A stretch of 64,000 nt of DNA from an uncultured Gemmatimonadales bacterium (GTDB lineage Bacteria > Gemmatimonadota > Gemmatimonadetes > Longimicrobiales > RSA9). Below, in pieces: positions 21,331 to 33,363 of this stretch. The position numbers and the translations under genes were made by a program. Below the pieces are notes generated by a model that searched no databases, was not told the DNA's origin, and worked only from the letters and a program-made list of their open reading frames with translations. The stretch covers positions 96,001 to 160,000 of the forward strand of contig CAVUKA010000008.1 in assembly GCA_963741945.1 (NCBI GenBank), in the 5' to 3' direction. How positions within the stretch are numbered: the stretch's first letter is position 1; each line of letters starts with the position of its first letter.

Positions 21331-22347
21331 ATGAGCGACGTCCTGGCTCCGAGCCGCGTGATGGAGCGGGCCGTGCCTCCCGAGGAGGTGCGGCGCCGCT
21401 TTGCCGTGGTCATCCCCGCGTACAACGAAGCGGACAACATGCCCGACCTCCTGCGTGAGCTGCGAGCTACGTGGGAGAAGCACGGCCTCCAGGGCCAGGT
21501 CGTCCTGGTGGATGATGGTTCTTCCGACGACACCGTCACCCGCGCTCTTGCCGCGGCCCAGGGCTGGGACCGCTTCAAAGTGGTCCGCCACCGCCGCAAC
21601 TTCGGCAAGACGGAGGCGATGGTTACGGGTGCCAGCGCAACGGACGCCGAGTGGGTGGTCCTCTTCGACGCCGATCTGCAGCACGACACCGAGGAGATCC
21701 CCCGTTACCTGGACAAGCTGGCGGAGGGCTGGGACATCGTCACGGGCCGCAAGGTGGGCCGATACGAGAAGCGGGCCGTCTCGAGCACCTACAACCGATT
21801 GAGCCGGCTCCTCTTCAAGGTCCCGGTCTCGGACCTCAACAGCATGAAGGGATTTCGGCGCGAGGTCCTCTCCGAGATCCCTCTCCGCCACGACTGGCAC
21901 CGCTTCTTCGTGGTCATCGCCTACGACCGCGGCTTCACGGTCGCGGAGATCGACATCACTCTCCACCCGAGACGGCACGGCGAGGCCAAGTACTCCGGAC
22001 GCGGCCGCATCGTGGTCGGCGTTCTCGACCTCGTCTCGGTGGCCTTCGTCCTCCTGTTCTCCCGCAAGCCCATGCTCTTCTTCGGGCTCAGCGGACTGGT
22101 CATGGCCGGCCTCGGTGTCATTGTGGGCCTGATCACCATCGGACTCCGCGTGGCTCACGCCATGCCACCTTTCGGCTTCCGGCCGCTCCTCTACCTCGTC
22201 ATCCTCCTCGAGACCCTCGGGTTCCTCCTCTTCGGGTTCGGCCTGGTGGCCGAGATGATCGCCCAGCAGCGCGCCGAGATCGAAGCCATCCGACGGCACG
22301 CCGATACGCCCAATACCCCTTCGACCCCGGCACCTCCGGCGGCATGA
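21331..22347 (+). CDS. GT2 glycosyltransferase, ArnC/GtrB/CsbB-like (polyprenol-phosphate sugar synthase)
   Basis: VVIPAYNE, VDDGSSD, RRNFGK, DADLQ motifs and two C-terminal TM helices. Confidence 0.88.
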   Translation: MSDVLAPSRVMERAVPPEEVRRRFAVVIPAYNEADNMPDLLRELRATWEKHGLQGQVVLVDDGSSDDTVTRALAAAQGWDRFKVVRHRRNFGKTEAMVTGASATDAEWVVLFDADLQHDTEEIPRYLDKLAEGWDIVTGRKVGRYEKRAVSSTYNRLSRLLFKVPVSDLNSMKGFRREVLSEIPLRHDWHRFFVVIAYDRGFTVAEIDITLHPRRHGEAKYSGRGRIVVGVLDLVSVAFVLLFSRKPMLFFGLSGLVMAGLGVIVGLITIGLRVAHAMPPFGFRPLLYLVILLETLGFLLFGFGLVAEMIAQQRAEIEAIRRHADTPNTPSTPAPPAA

Positions 22348-22432
22348 GCGGGATCGCGCTCGCGCCAGCGCACGCCTCGACCCGGGCATCTTGTGATTGT
22401 GGCCACGCCGCTATACAACAGCATCTTACGAC

Positions 22433-22460
22433 CATTTATATAACCCGATTTATAGCGGCC
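22433..22460 (-). other. Degenerate dif-like (Xer-type) 28-mer
   Basis: + strand CATTTATATAA-CCCGAT-TTATAGCGGCC. ATAA-N6-TTAT core; arms match the 33085 site at 8/11 and 7/11, same orientation. Confidence 0.35.
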
Positions 22461-22561
22461 CGCGCGGTACCTGGAGCTGCCAGGAGCGGACCGATGCCTG
22501 GGAACGGGACGAGGGGCGCGAGGCGGTTGCGCGAGGCGACCGCGCCGGAGGGAGGCCGCCG

Positions 22562-23587
22562 ATGAGGGTGGATTTCGGTGTCGTCAACTTCAACGGCGGC
22601 GAACAGGTGGTGGAATGCGTGGCCTCAATCCTGGAGCAGGAGGGAGTGGAGGCCCGGGCCTGGGTATTCGACAACGCATCGGAGGACGGTTCGGCCGAAG
22701 CCGTGGCGGAGCGCTGTCCGGGCGCTACGGTGGTGCGTTCGAGGCGGAACCTCGGATATGCGGGCGCGTTGAACCGGCTGCTCGAGCGGATGGACGCAGA
22801 GGTGGTGGTGCTCTGCAACATGGATCTCCGGTTTCCGCGCAGATGGTCGATGGCGATCCAGCGCACGCTGTCGGGGAACCCGGAAGCGGATGCCGTCGCC
22901 AGCGTGGTGGTGGAGATGACCGATCCTCCGGTGGTGAATTCGCTGGGGATTCGCTTCTACGCCGACCTGCACGCACAGAATGCGGGATCCGGTGAGCCGT
23001 ACCGGCCCGAAGAGGTGGCCAGCCGGAGTCGCGGTGCATTTGGTGCGTACGGCGCCGTGATGTGCTTCCGACGCCCCGCGCTGGAGGGGCTGCGATTCGA
23101 TGAGAGCTACTTCCTCTTCTTCGAGGAAACGGACTTCTTCCTCCGCTTCGCGCTCTTGGGCCACCGCACCATCCTGGCGCCGGATGCCGTGGTGTATCAC
23201 CAGCGGTCGCTGTCCACACGCCGATACTCACCGCTGAAGCTCTATTATGGCGAGCGGAACCGGCTGACCACGGTGTTCAAGCTGCTCCCCGCGTGGTACT
23301 GGCCGATCTCGCTCGCGCACAGCGTGGTGCGGTATGCGCGGCTGGCCCGATCGCTGTCAGGGGAGACGGGCGCGGGCGCGCGACCGGGTGCCTCCCGGCC
23401 CGAGCTGCCCGGGAAGGGCGTGATCGTGACCACGATCCTGAAGGCATGGGGAGCCGCGGTCGTGCGGCTCCCGGGGACACTCCGGGCGCGCCGCCGGTTC
23501 TGGCGCGCGGCGCCGGCGTCGCCCCGTGACGCGCTGGCGCTGCTGAAGCGCTACCGACTCCCCGCGTCGGAGCTCACGGCCCGCTGA
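22562..23587 (+). CDS. GT2 glycosyltransferase (WbbL/rhamnosyltransferase-like)
   Basis: VVNFN, FDNASEDGS, NLGYAGALN, CNMD, FDESYFLFFEETD, YYGERNR motifs. Confidence 0.87.
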   Translation: MRVDFGVVNFNGGEQVVECVASILEQEGVEARAWVFDNASEDGSAEAVAERCPGATVVRSRRNLGYAGALNRLLERMDAEVVVLCNMDLRFPRRWSMAIQRTLSGNPEADAVASVVVEMTDPPVVNSLGIRFYADLHAQNAGSGEPYRPEEVASRSRGAFGAYGAVMCFRRPALEGLRFDESYFLFFEETDFFLRFALLGHRTILAPDAVVYHQRSLSTRRYSPLKLYYGERNRLTTVFKLLPAWYWPISLAHSVVRYARLARSLSGETGAGARPGASRPELPGKGVIVTTILKAWGAAVVRLPGTLRARRRFWRAAPASPRDALALLKRYRLPASELTAR

Positions 23588-24512
23588 CATCGTTGTCGCG
23601 GGGGCGGGCAATGGCCACGGCCAGACCGGCGCCCAGGAGCTCGGCAACGATGAGCCAGAGGCGAAAGGACACCGCGATGACGGCGGCGACGCCAATGGAA
23701 GCGATCGGCCCCAGGATGAGCGTGAGCGCGGCCTCGCGCGCACCCAGTCCGCCGGGCGCGATGAAGACCAGATAGCCGATGAGGAAGGCGAGAGCGTTGG
23801 CGGCCACGAGCGCCGGCACGAGCGTGAGCGGGATTCCCACCATGGCGTCGGCGAGGAGGGCGAACGCCACCCCGTAGATCAGCCATGCGACGACGCCCAG
23901 CGCCAGCAGGACGATCCCCTGCAGCCATGTCCCCGTCCACGCCAGCTCCAGCGAGGCGAGCCGCCGAGGCACGAGCCTGAGCCCGAAATTGAGCACCCGG
24001 GGGTGCACCGCCGCGAGCCCGACGATTGCCGCCGCCACCACCGCGGCGTCGCCGTACGTGCCGAGCCCGCGGGCCATGGCCGGCAGCGCGAAGAGCGACA
24101 CGATGGCGGCCGAAACCAGGGTGATTCCCGTCTGGATCACCAGGGAGGTGAGCAGGACCGGCCCCGGGACACCCGCCCGGCCGCCGAGCTGGACCACGCC
24201 CACGAACTGCCAGATCTTGCCGGGGACATAGCGGGCGAGGTTCGAAAGGAACCAGATCCAGCCGAGCGTGCGGAAGCGGGGCCCGGGCACGTCGAACCGG
24301 GCGATCACCCGGCCCCAGACGAAGATGCCCCAGACCAGCGCGGCCAACAGGACCAGCACGCTGGCCGCAAGCTCGAACGGCCGCACGTGCCACTCGATCG
24401 AGGCGAGATGGCTCCAGTTCCTGCCTATGGCAAGGCCCAGGAACACGGCCGTGGCAGCCACGAGCACCGCCGCCAGCAGGCGTCGCAGCAGGGGCCGGCG
24501 CGTCGCTGCCAT
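23574..24512 (-). CDS. Lysylphosphatidylglycerol-synthase-TM / flippase-like membrane protein
   Basis: Multi-TM; SNLARYVPGK and APGGLGAREA motifs; ATG at 24512. Confidence 0.8.
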   Translation of the reverse strand: MAATRRPLLRRLLAAVLVAATAVFLGLAIGRNWSHLASIEWHVRPFELAASVLVLLAALVWGIFVWGRVIARFDVPGPRFRTLGWIWFLSNLARYVPGKIWQFVGVVQLGGRAGVPGPVLLTSLVIQTGITLVSAAIVSLFALPAMARGLGTYGDAAVVAAAIVGLAAVHPRVLNFGLRLVPRRLASLELAWTGTWLQGIVLLALGVVAWLIYGVAFALLADAMVGIPLTLVPALVAANALAFLIGYLVFIAPGGLGAREAALTLILGPIASIGVAAVIAVSFRLWLIVAELLGAGLAVAIARPRDNDVSGP

Positions 24513-24526
24513 CCTGTGCCCTCCGT

Positions 24527-26920
24527 TCAGACCCGACGCCTCCGCCACAGCGGCGGGACGGCAGTGGCCAGCAGGAGGAGGAACGCCGAGACGAGCGTGA
24601 CGACCACGCCCGTGTAGAGCGCCGACGGGTGAAAGACGAAGTCCACCTCGTGGTCCCCCTCGGGAACCACCACGCCACGGAACGTGTGATCCACGAGGTG
24701 CACGGGGACTTCGGCGCCGTCGACGGTGGCTTTCCAGCCCGGATAGTAGTTGTCCGCCAGAACCAGGAGGGCGCGGCGGCTCGCCTCGGTGGTGATCCGG
24801 ACGCGATCCGGATGGTGCTCGATCACGCGCGCCGCTCCCTCGAGCGGTGACTCGGGGAGTGGCGTGCCAAGTGGCTCCGCCAGCACCGCGGTGCGCGCCG
24901 GGTCGAACGTGGAATCGTCGAACAGTCGGAGCGCTTCGCCCGGCTCCGTCGCCACCACTACCGCGCCGGCCAGCCACGCGCGCGGAAGGGCGCCCGGGAC
25001 TTCATACACATCCGCCTCGGGGCCCTGGTAGACCACCGGGAGCCCCGGGATCCCCGCCGTGCTGACGATATAACGGACGTTGGCCGCGCGAAGGAAGTTG
25101 GCGCGCGCCGACGCGGCCCCCCCGGGCGCCTGGATGAGGCGCTGGAGGTCGGCCAGGAAATTGTGCCAGTCCACGTACGACGTCTCGCCTGCGCCCACGA
25201 ACTCGTTGTAGCGCTGGAGCTGGTTGCCATGCTCCCCGCCCGCCTGCTCGATGCCGTGATACATCAGGTAGTTCGTGTTGTTGCGGTACGGGGGGGCGTT
25301 CCCGACGCTGATGGGCAGCGCCCAGACGCGGAACGGGCCCGGCTCTGCTGCGAGCGTCCGGACCACGCCGTCCGCCGCGAACATGGACGACGGCGGCGCC
25401 ACCGTCTCGAAGAAGTGCCGGTCCACCACCCAGAGGTCCACCACCACCAGCACCGCGAGTGCCGCGGCGACGGCTCCGGACGGGATCGACGCCCTGAGCC
25501 AGAGCCAGAGAGCGCCGCTGGCGAGCCAGGTGACGATGGCCACCCGGAACGCTCCGCCGGCGAGGGCCGAAGCCCGCGCGTCGCCAGCACCGCCGCCGGC
25601 GGCGGACAGGAGGACGATGAGTGCGAGCGCCGAAGCGCCCGCCAGGATCCACGGCACGGCGTGGACGGCATCCGCAGGTTCGCGGGCGCTGTCATCGCGC
25701 AGCGCGGCCAGGCGTTCCAGCGTGAGCGCCGCCATCATCACCAGAGAGGTGGACACCAGGAAGAACGCGATGGAGGGTGCCCGGAATTTGGAGGTCCCCG
25801 GCAGCACGTCGTAGTACAGCCGGTAGATCGGCGTGTACCCGCCGAACGAGATGGTCAGGGCGAAGACCGTCAGGCCGAGGAAGAACCACCAGAAGGGGTC
25901 GCGGCGCGACACCCAGGCGCCCACCAGCGTGAGCAGCACGATCACGGCGCCCACGTACTCCGTGTGCAGCTTGAACGGGTTCTCGCCCCGATAGTTCTCG
26001 AGGATGCCGGCCCGCTCCGGGAGCGCGAGCCCGCTGAGCTCGGCGGGCGGCATGGACCACGAGGTGGCGTATTCGTAGCCGCGGCCCGGGCCTCCGCGGG
26101 GCGACGCGTCCACGTAGCCGGCGAATGGCAGGAAGTTCACCGCGGCCATCCCGAACGCCAGTCCGACGGCCGCGAGCCCCATGGCGGCCCGGGCGACGAG
26201 CGCCCCGCGGGATGCTCGCCGCCGCTGGCGCACGAGGGCGAACACGGCCCATGCCGCACCGGCCAGAAGCAGGTAGTAGTTGCTCTGGATCTGGAACGAA
26301 AGCAGCGAAAACCCCAGCACCGCCCCCATCCCGGCGAACGAGACCGGGCTGCCCGTCCGCACTCCCCGGTGAAGGAAGAAGAGGAAGAGGGGCGCGAACG
26401 TGGCCACGATGATCCGGCCCTCGTGGCCCGCGAACACGAACGACATGGTGAGGCCCGTGAACTCGAACGCCAGCCCCGCGATGAACGCCACCCAGCGTCG
26501 CGCGCCCAGCTCACGGCTCAGGGCGAACGCACCCATGCCCGCCAGCGTGAACTGGATCACGTACATGGCGGGGAAAATCCGGCTGACTGGAAAGACCAGA
26601 TCCGCCAGAAAGCGGAACGGATAGAAGGCGCTCCCCGGGTTCGCGAACATCGGCACGCCGCCGTAGAGGAACGGATCCCATTTCGGCATGGCCCAGGCGG
26701 CGAAGCGCTGGGAAATGAAGTCGTGGGCGAAGAACGCGCCGGCCAGGTAATCCGTGCCGAAGATGTGCCGTCCCGGGAGGAACGCGGGGAGGAAGTAGAT
26801 CAACGCGAGCCCGAAATAGATGGCCGCCGCCGTCCAACCGCCAAGCCAGCTGGCGACGTCGGCCCGTTCGTCACCGGCCGCGTTCGCGGCACCATTCGCT
26901 TCAGTTCTCCTGACCATCAT
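24527..26920 (-). CDS. YfhO-family polytopic membrane protein (GT-C-like glycosyltransferase)
   Basis: PKWDPFLYGGVPMFANP..FYP, many TM helices, FRAP, C-terminal LADNYYPGWKATVDG...FRGVVVPEGDHEVDF YfhO-type motif. Confidence 0.82.
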   Translation of the reverse strand: MMVRRTEANGAANAAGDERADVASWLGGWTAAAIYFGLALIYFLPAFLPGRHIFGTDYLAGAFFAHDFISQRFAAWAMPKWDPFLYGGVPMFANPGSAFYPFRFLADLVFPVSRIFPAMYVIQFTLAGMGAFALSRELGARRWVAFIAGLAFEFTGLTMSFVFAGHEGRIIVATFAPLFLFFLHRGVRTGSPVSFAGMGAVLGFSLLSFQIQSNYYLLLAGAAWAVFALVRQRRRASRGALVARAAMGLAAVGLAFGMAAVNFLPFAGYVDASPRGGPGRGYEYATSWSMPPAELSGLALPERAGILENYRGENPFKLHTEYVGAVIVLLTLVGAWVSRRDPFWWFFLGLTVFALTISFGGYTPIYRLYYDVLPGTSKFRAPSIAFFLVSTSLVMMAALTLERLAALRDDSAREPADAVHAVPWILAGASALALIVLLSAAGGGAGDARASALAGGAFRVAIVTWLASGALWLWLRASIPSGAVAAALAVLVVVDLWVVDRHFFETVAPPSSMFAADGVVRTLAAEPGPFRVWALPISVGNAPPYRNNTNYLMYHGIEQAGGEHGNQLQRYNEFVGAGETSYVDWHNFLADLQRLIQAPGGAASARANFLRAANVRYIVSTAGIPGLPVVYQGPEADVYEVPGALPRAWLAGAVVVATEPGEALRLFDDSTFDPARTAVLAEPLGTPLPESPLEGAARVIEHHPDRVRITTEASRRALLVLADNYYPGWKATVDGAEVPVHLVDHTFRGVVVPEGDHEVDFVFHPSALYTGVVVTLVSAFLLLLATAVPPLWRRRRV

Positions 26921-27708
26921 GGCACCTGGTGATAGGCCACGGACCCGTTGGGGACGGCGTAGACGTCGTGATCCCGAGCGAACTCATGGAGCCAGCGCGT
27001 CACGCCGCTCTGCTCGAGCCGGCCGTAATCATGCCACACCACCACGCCTCCGGGCCGGACGCAACGCATGGCATTGAGTGTGTCGGAGCGGACGTAATCG
27101 TACGAATGAGCGCCGTCGACGAAGAACAGGTCCACCTGCCCGTGCCACGGCGAGAAGTCGAATGCAGCGCTGTCGCCGTAATGGCGCTCCACCTTGTGCG
27201 CGACATCGCTCCCTTCGAAGAGGGCGGGCCCGACGTCACGATCGATGAGCTTGTGATCCGTGGCCGTCGTGCGGAGGGTGGTGCCCCGGTCCTCCCGCGG
27301 CAGATCCAGGGTGTGGATGCGGGCATCGGGTGGCGTATTGAGCGCCATGTGAAGAGCCGTGTAGCCCACGAACGTCCCGATCTCGAACACTGTCTGCGGC
27401 GCCAGCGCCCTGCACAGCAGCACCAGGCTCAGCAGGTCCAGGGCGAATGGCGCCGTCTCGCTGTGCAGCCAGTTGTATCCATTCAGCCCGCCGAGCCGGA
27501 CATCCGCGGCCCGGAGCGGAAAAGCCTCGTACACGGGCCTCCGGGGCAGACCGCCCCCGTGCTCGAGCTGGTATTGGAACAGGGTCTCCGACGCGTAGCG
27601 TAACAGCGCCCGCGGCCGCCCCAGGAGTCGGACGGACGCGAGATTTCCCCCCAGCACGACGTTCCTGCTGACTCGGAGGGCGAGCACCATCTTCCCCTTC
27701 AGGCTCAT
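26917..27708 (-). CDS. Class I SAM-dependent methyltransferase (Methyltransf_24-like)
   Basis: FEIGTFVG, GDS, FVDGAHSY, PGGVVVWHDY motifs. Confidence 0.85.
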   Translation of the reverse strand: MSLKGKMVLALRVSRNVVLGGNLASVRLLGRPRALLRYASETLFQYQLEHGGGLPRRPVYEAFPLRAADVRLGGLNGYNWLHSETAPFALDLLSLVLLCRALAPQTVFEIGTFVGYTALHMALNTPPDARIHTLDLPREDRGTTLRTTATDHKLIDRDVGPALFEGSDVAHKVERHYGDSAAFDFSPWHGQVDLFFVDGAHSYDYVRSDTLNAMRCVRPGGVVVWHDYGRLEQSGVTRWLHEFARDHDVYAVPNGSVAYHQVP

Positions 27709-27710
27709 GG

Positions 27711-28711
27711 CTACGTCTCGCTCCCGCTCTGCGCCTCGCCCGCCCCCGCGGCAACACGCGTCAGGTGGGCCACCAGGTCTCGCACGCTCTCTTCCAGCCG
27801 ACGACGCGGCCGCCAGCCCGTCTCCGCCATCAGCCGGCCGGGGTCGCCCACCAGTGAAGGAAGGTCCACCGGGCGGAGCCGGGCCGGATCCGTCTCCATG
27901 GCCACGTCCACACCGACGGCTGTTCGCAGGGCCTCGAGGAGGTCACCCAGCGAAGTCCCATGCCCGGAACAGACGTTGTACACCCCCCGCGCGGCCTCCG
28001 CGTCCAGCAGGTCCATGTAAGCGGTCGCGCCATCCCGCACGTCCATGAAGTCACGGACCACGTCCAGGTTCCCGACCCGCAGCGTCGGCGGATGATCGCC
28101 TTGCGCAATGGCCAGCAGCTGTGTGGCCCAGTCCGCAGCCACGAACGGAGGGAGCTGTCCGGGCCCGAGGTGAGGGAATGTCCGCGTCTGGATCATGCGC
28201 ACGGCCTCCCCGTGGGCGAACGCCCAGCCGAGCATCTCCTGCGCCGCCTTGCTGGCCGCGTACGGATTCGACGGGCGCAGCGGCATCGTCTCCGTGAGCG
28301 GCTGCGCGTCCGTCCCCGAGCGCCCGTACGCTTCCGCCGACCCAACCAGGAGGACGGGGCGGGGAAGGGCCGGCGCCGGCAGGGCTTCCACGGCCAGCAG
28401 CAGGTGGAGGGTCCCCGTGGCATTCACGTCGAACGTGGCCCGTGGCTGCGTCCAGCTCCGGGACACGGACGACGAGGCAGCCAGATGAACCACGGCGTCG
28501 GGAACGGCCCGGGCGACGAGGTCGTCGACGGAGCGGTGGTCCCGCAGGTCGAACGTTATCCGCCGCACCCGGTTCCACGCGCCGGTCTCGAGCGTACCGG
28601 CGGACGGTCGATCCCCGGCGATCCCGGCCACCACGTCGTGGCCGCGGGAAAGGAGCTCCGCCACCACGTGCTGCCCGACGAAGCCGTCGGCGCCCGTGAC
28701 CAGAACCCGCA

Positions 28712-28712
<1 letters not shown>
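27711..28712 (-). CDS. GDP-4-keto-6-deoxy-D-mannose reductase (Rmd)-like extended SDR
   Basis: MRVLVTGADGFVG, HLAA, GSAEAYG, YAASK, HLGPGQ, VGNLDVVRDFMDVRD motifs; coupled to gmd by TGATG. Confidence 0.78.
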
Positions 28713-30924
<2,212 letters not shown>

Positions 30925-31000
30925 TTGTAGACGGCCCGGGAAGGGGGTAACTTTGCAGTCGCCGCAAGGTACCGGGCGGCTCCGCTAACTTCAAGACTGC

Positions 31001-31732
31001 ATGGGAGATAAGCTGGAGAAGGCCCTCGTCGTCGTGCCGACGTACAACGAGCGCGACAATATCCATCGCCTGGTCCCTCTCGTTCTCGAGCAGGATCCGC
31101 GGCTCGAAATCCTCATCATCGACGACGACTCGCCCGACGGCACCGGCGAGATCGCCGACCGGCTCGCCACGCGCGAGCCCCGGCTCCACGTCCTCCACCG
31201 CACAGACAAGCTCGGCCTCGGCACCGCCTACATCGCAGGCTTCAGATGGGGGCTCGACCGGGATTACGACATCCTCTTCGAGATGGACGCCGACTTCTCC
31301 CACGACCCGAGCCATCTCCCCCAGTTCCTCGACGCCATCCGCGAGTTCGACATGGTCCTGGGCTCCCGCTATCTCCATGGCCGCGTCACCGTGGTCAACT
31401 GGCCCATGTCCCGCCTCCTCCTCTCCTGGTTCGCCAATCTCTATGCCCGCGTCGCGACTGGACTTCCAGTAACGGATGCTACGGGAGGGTTCAAGTGCTT
31501 TCGCGCCAACGTCTTGAGGGGTATTGATCTCGACCGCGTTGGGTCCGAGGGCTACTCCTTCCAGATCGAGATGAGTCTGCGAGCCTGGCGCAACGGGTTC
31601 TCCATCGGGGAGATCCCGATCGTGTTCGCGGACCGGGACGTCGGGGAGTCGAAGATGTCGAAGCGGATCATCTGGGAGGCCGTTTGGCGGGTCTGGGCGC
31701 TCCGTGTCCTCGACCTCTTCGGACGGCTCTGA
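31001..31732 (+). CDS. Polyprenol monophosphomannose synthase (Dpm1/Ppm1-like GT2)
   Basis: VPTYNE, DDDSPDGTG, KLGLGTAY, MDADFSH, DATGGF, GYSFQIE, GESKMS motifs. Confidence 0.92.
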   Translation: MGDKLEKALVVVPTYNERDNIHRLVPLVLEQDPRLEILIIDDDSPDGTGEIADRLATREPRLHVLHRTDKLGLGTAYIAGFRWGLDRDYDILFEMDADFSHDPSHLPQFLDAIREFDMVLGSRYLHGRVTVVNWPMSRLLLSWFANLYARVATGLPVTDATGGFKCFRANVLRGIDLDRVGSEGYSFQIEMSLRAWRNGFSIGEIPIVFADRDVGESKMSKRIIWEAVWRVWALRVLDLFGRL

Positions 31733-31736
31733 GGCC

Positions 31737-32363
31737 GTGGCTCTCTCGGACCTCCTCTGGGCGTGCCCCGAGTGCGGCGAGATGGGGGCTCTGCGAGAGG
31801 GCGGGCGCCCGGGTGAGTGCGCCGCGTGCGGCGCACGTTTCGAGAGGGGTCCGGGGGCATCCATCCGGTGCGTTCTCCCGGACGGCCGAACGGTGGTCCG
31901 CCCGGCTGCCGAGTGGGTGGATCGTCTGCCGGATCTCGAAACGATGCTCCGAGAGGTGAGGGACGGGGAAACGGTGCGGACCGCGCACGTCGTTGCACGG
32001 GAAGTGGAAGGCGTCGAAGCGGTGCACGGAGAGGGCAGATACCTGAATCGCATCGAACGGTACGGTCCCGAGCGCCCGGGAACGCTGGAGCTGACCTCCC
32101 AGGGGCTGCGGTGGAGACCGGGAGGCGAGGGAGGGGAAGAGGATCCCCGGTGGTGGTCCTTCGAGGCTCTCACGGCCGTTCAGGGCAGCTCGAGCGCACT
32201 CCAGATCAACGCCACCGGTCACCCCCTGACCTCGTTCCGCTTCCCGGATGATTCGGTTCTCCTCTGGGAGATGCTCGTGGGCCTCGCGCTCCGCCGGTTC
32301 TATCAGCGAACCGGGCGGGGCGAGATCGTAGAATTCCAGCCGCGAATCGTGACCGCGCCCTGA
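31737..32363 (+). CDS. Zinc-ribbon hypothetical protein coupled to plsC
   Basis: LLWACPECG...CAACG; GTG 31737; TGATG overlap with the next gene. Confidence 0.7.
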   Translation: MALSDLLWACPECGEMGALREGGRPGECAACGARFERGPGASIRCVLPDGRTVVRPAAEWVDRLPDLETMLREVRDGETVRTAHVVAREVEGVEAVHGEGRYLNRIERYGPERPGTLELTSQGLRWRPGGEGGEEDPRWWSFEALTAVQGSSSALQINATGHPLTSFRFPDDSVLLWEMLVGLALRRFYQRTGRGEIVEFQPRIVTAP

Positions 32364-32995
32364 TGCTCTACGGAATCGCGCAGCGCCTCGTCCGGACGTT
32401 CTGGCCGTTGCTCGGTCGCCTCGACGTCCAGGGGCTCGAAAACACCCCTGAACAGGGGCCGTTCCTGCTCATCGCCAACCACCAGAGCTATCTCGATCCG
32501 ATCCTGATCCAGTCGGTGCTGCGCAGACCGATCTACACGATGGCCAAGAGCACCCAGTTCTCCGACCCGCTGGTCGGGGCCCTCATGAAGCGCCTCAAGT
32601 CCTTCCCGGTCCGCCGGTTCGAGATCGACCCCCAGGCCGTCCGCATCGTCCTGCGGCACCTGCGACAGGGCCACGGGGTGGGGATCTACATCGAAGGCGA
32701 GCGAACCTGGGACGGCCGGCTGCAGGAGCCCAGACTCGGGACTATCCGCCTCATCCTGAAGGCCGGCGTTCCAGTGGTCCCGTGCGGAATCGCGGGGACC
32801 TACGACGTCTGGCCACGCTGGGACCGAAAACTCCGACGGGGAACCGTTCGCATCCGATTCGGGCCTCAGCTGCGCTTTCCGCGCCTTGACGACCGCCGCG
32901 CCCGGGAAGCTCAGCTGGGCGCCGCCCGCCACCGGCTCATGACCGCCCTCGCCGATCTCGCCCGTTCGCCTTCCGCGTCCACCCGACCGCACTGA
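32363..32995 (+). CDS. plsC: 1-acyl-sn-glycerol-3-phosphate acyltransferase (PlsC family)
   Basis: NHQSYLD (HxxxxD), MAK, FPVRR, EGERT motifs. Confidence 0.85.
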   Translation: MLYGIAQRLVRTFWPLLGRLDVQGLENTPEQGPFLLIANHQSYLDPILIQSVLRRPIYTMAKSTQFSDPLVGALMKRLKSFPVRRFEIDPQAVRIVLRHLRQGHGVGIYIEGERTWDGRLQEPRLGTIRLILKAGVPVVPCGIAGTYDVWPRWDRKLRRGTVRIRFGPQLRFPRLDDRRAREAQLGAARHRLMTALADLARSPSASTRPH

Positions 32996-33084
32996 CGGTT
33001 CCGGCCATTTCCGACCATCCACCCGGTGGTGGAAGCCAGCAGGGCAGCGTCCGGCGATGTGCGGATAGCCACGCTCATCCCCAA

Positions 33085-33112
33085 AGTTTACATAATGCTT
33101 ATTATACGAACC
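33085..33112 (-). other. dif: Chromosomal dif site (XerC/XerD recombination site)
   Basis: Minus strand GGTTCGTATAA-TAAGCA-TTATGTAAACT vs E. coli GGTGCGCATAA-TGTATA-TTATGTTAAAT: 9/11 in each arm. Intergenic AT-rich island where the gene arms converge. Confidence 0.88.
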
Positions 33113-33255
33113 GGACCGGACAGGCAGAACGGGAGTGCTGCCAGGAGGCGTTCCCCGCATTTCGGGCGGATCGGAATCGTGCAGCGCCAGCTGGAACGAT
33201 CCGAAGGCTTGAGCCGGAGCCGCCGATCTCTGCGAACCGGCAGCTACCTGTGCGA

Positions 33256-33300
33256 AGAGCGCGAAGGCGGCCGGTGTGACCGGCGTCGCCTTCGCGCTCT
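33256..33300. repeat. Long hairpin between convergent plsC and yfgM-like genes (terminator or REP-like)
   Basis: AGAGCGCGAAGGCG (33256-33269) / CGCCTTCGCGCTCT (33287-33300) perfect 14 bp, plus inner GCCGGT/ACCGGC stem. Confidence 0.75.
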
Positions 33301-33363
33301 GACCGACGTCGTGGCTGGAAGCCTGACCTCGGCGCGGGTCCCGGTGAGGGCGCCCGCTTTCTG

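Noticed and set aside
33103-33110. TATACGAA resembles a loxP arm
   Set aside because: Only 8 bp, with no 13-bp arms or 8-bp spacer; 11-6-11 dif geometry fits much better.
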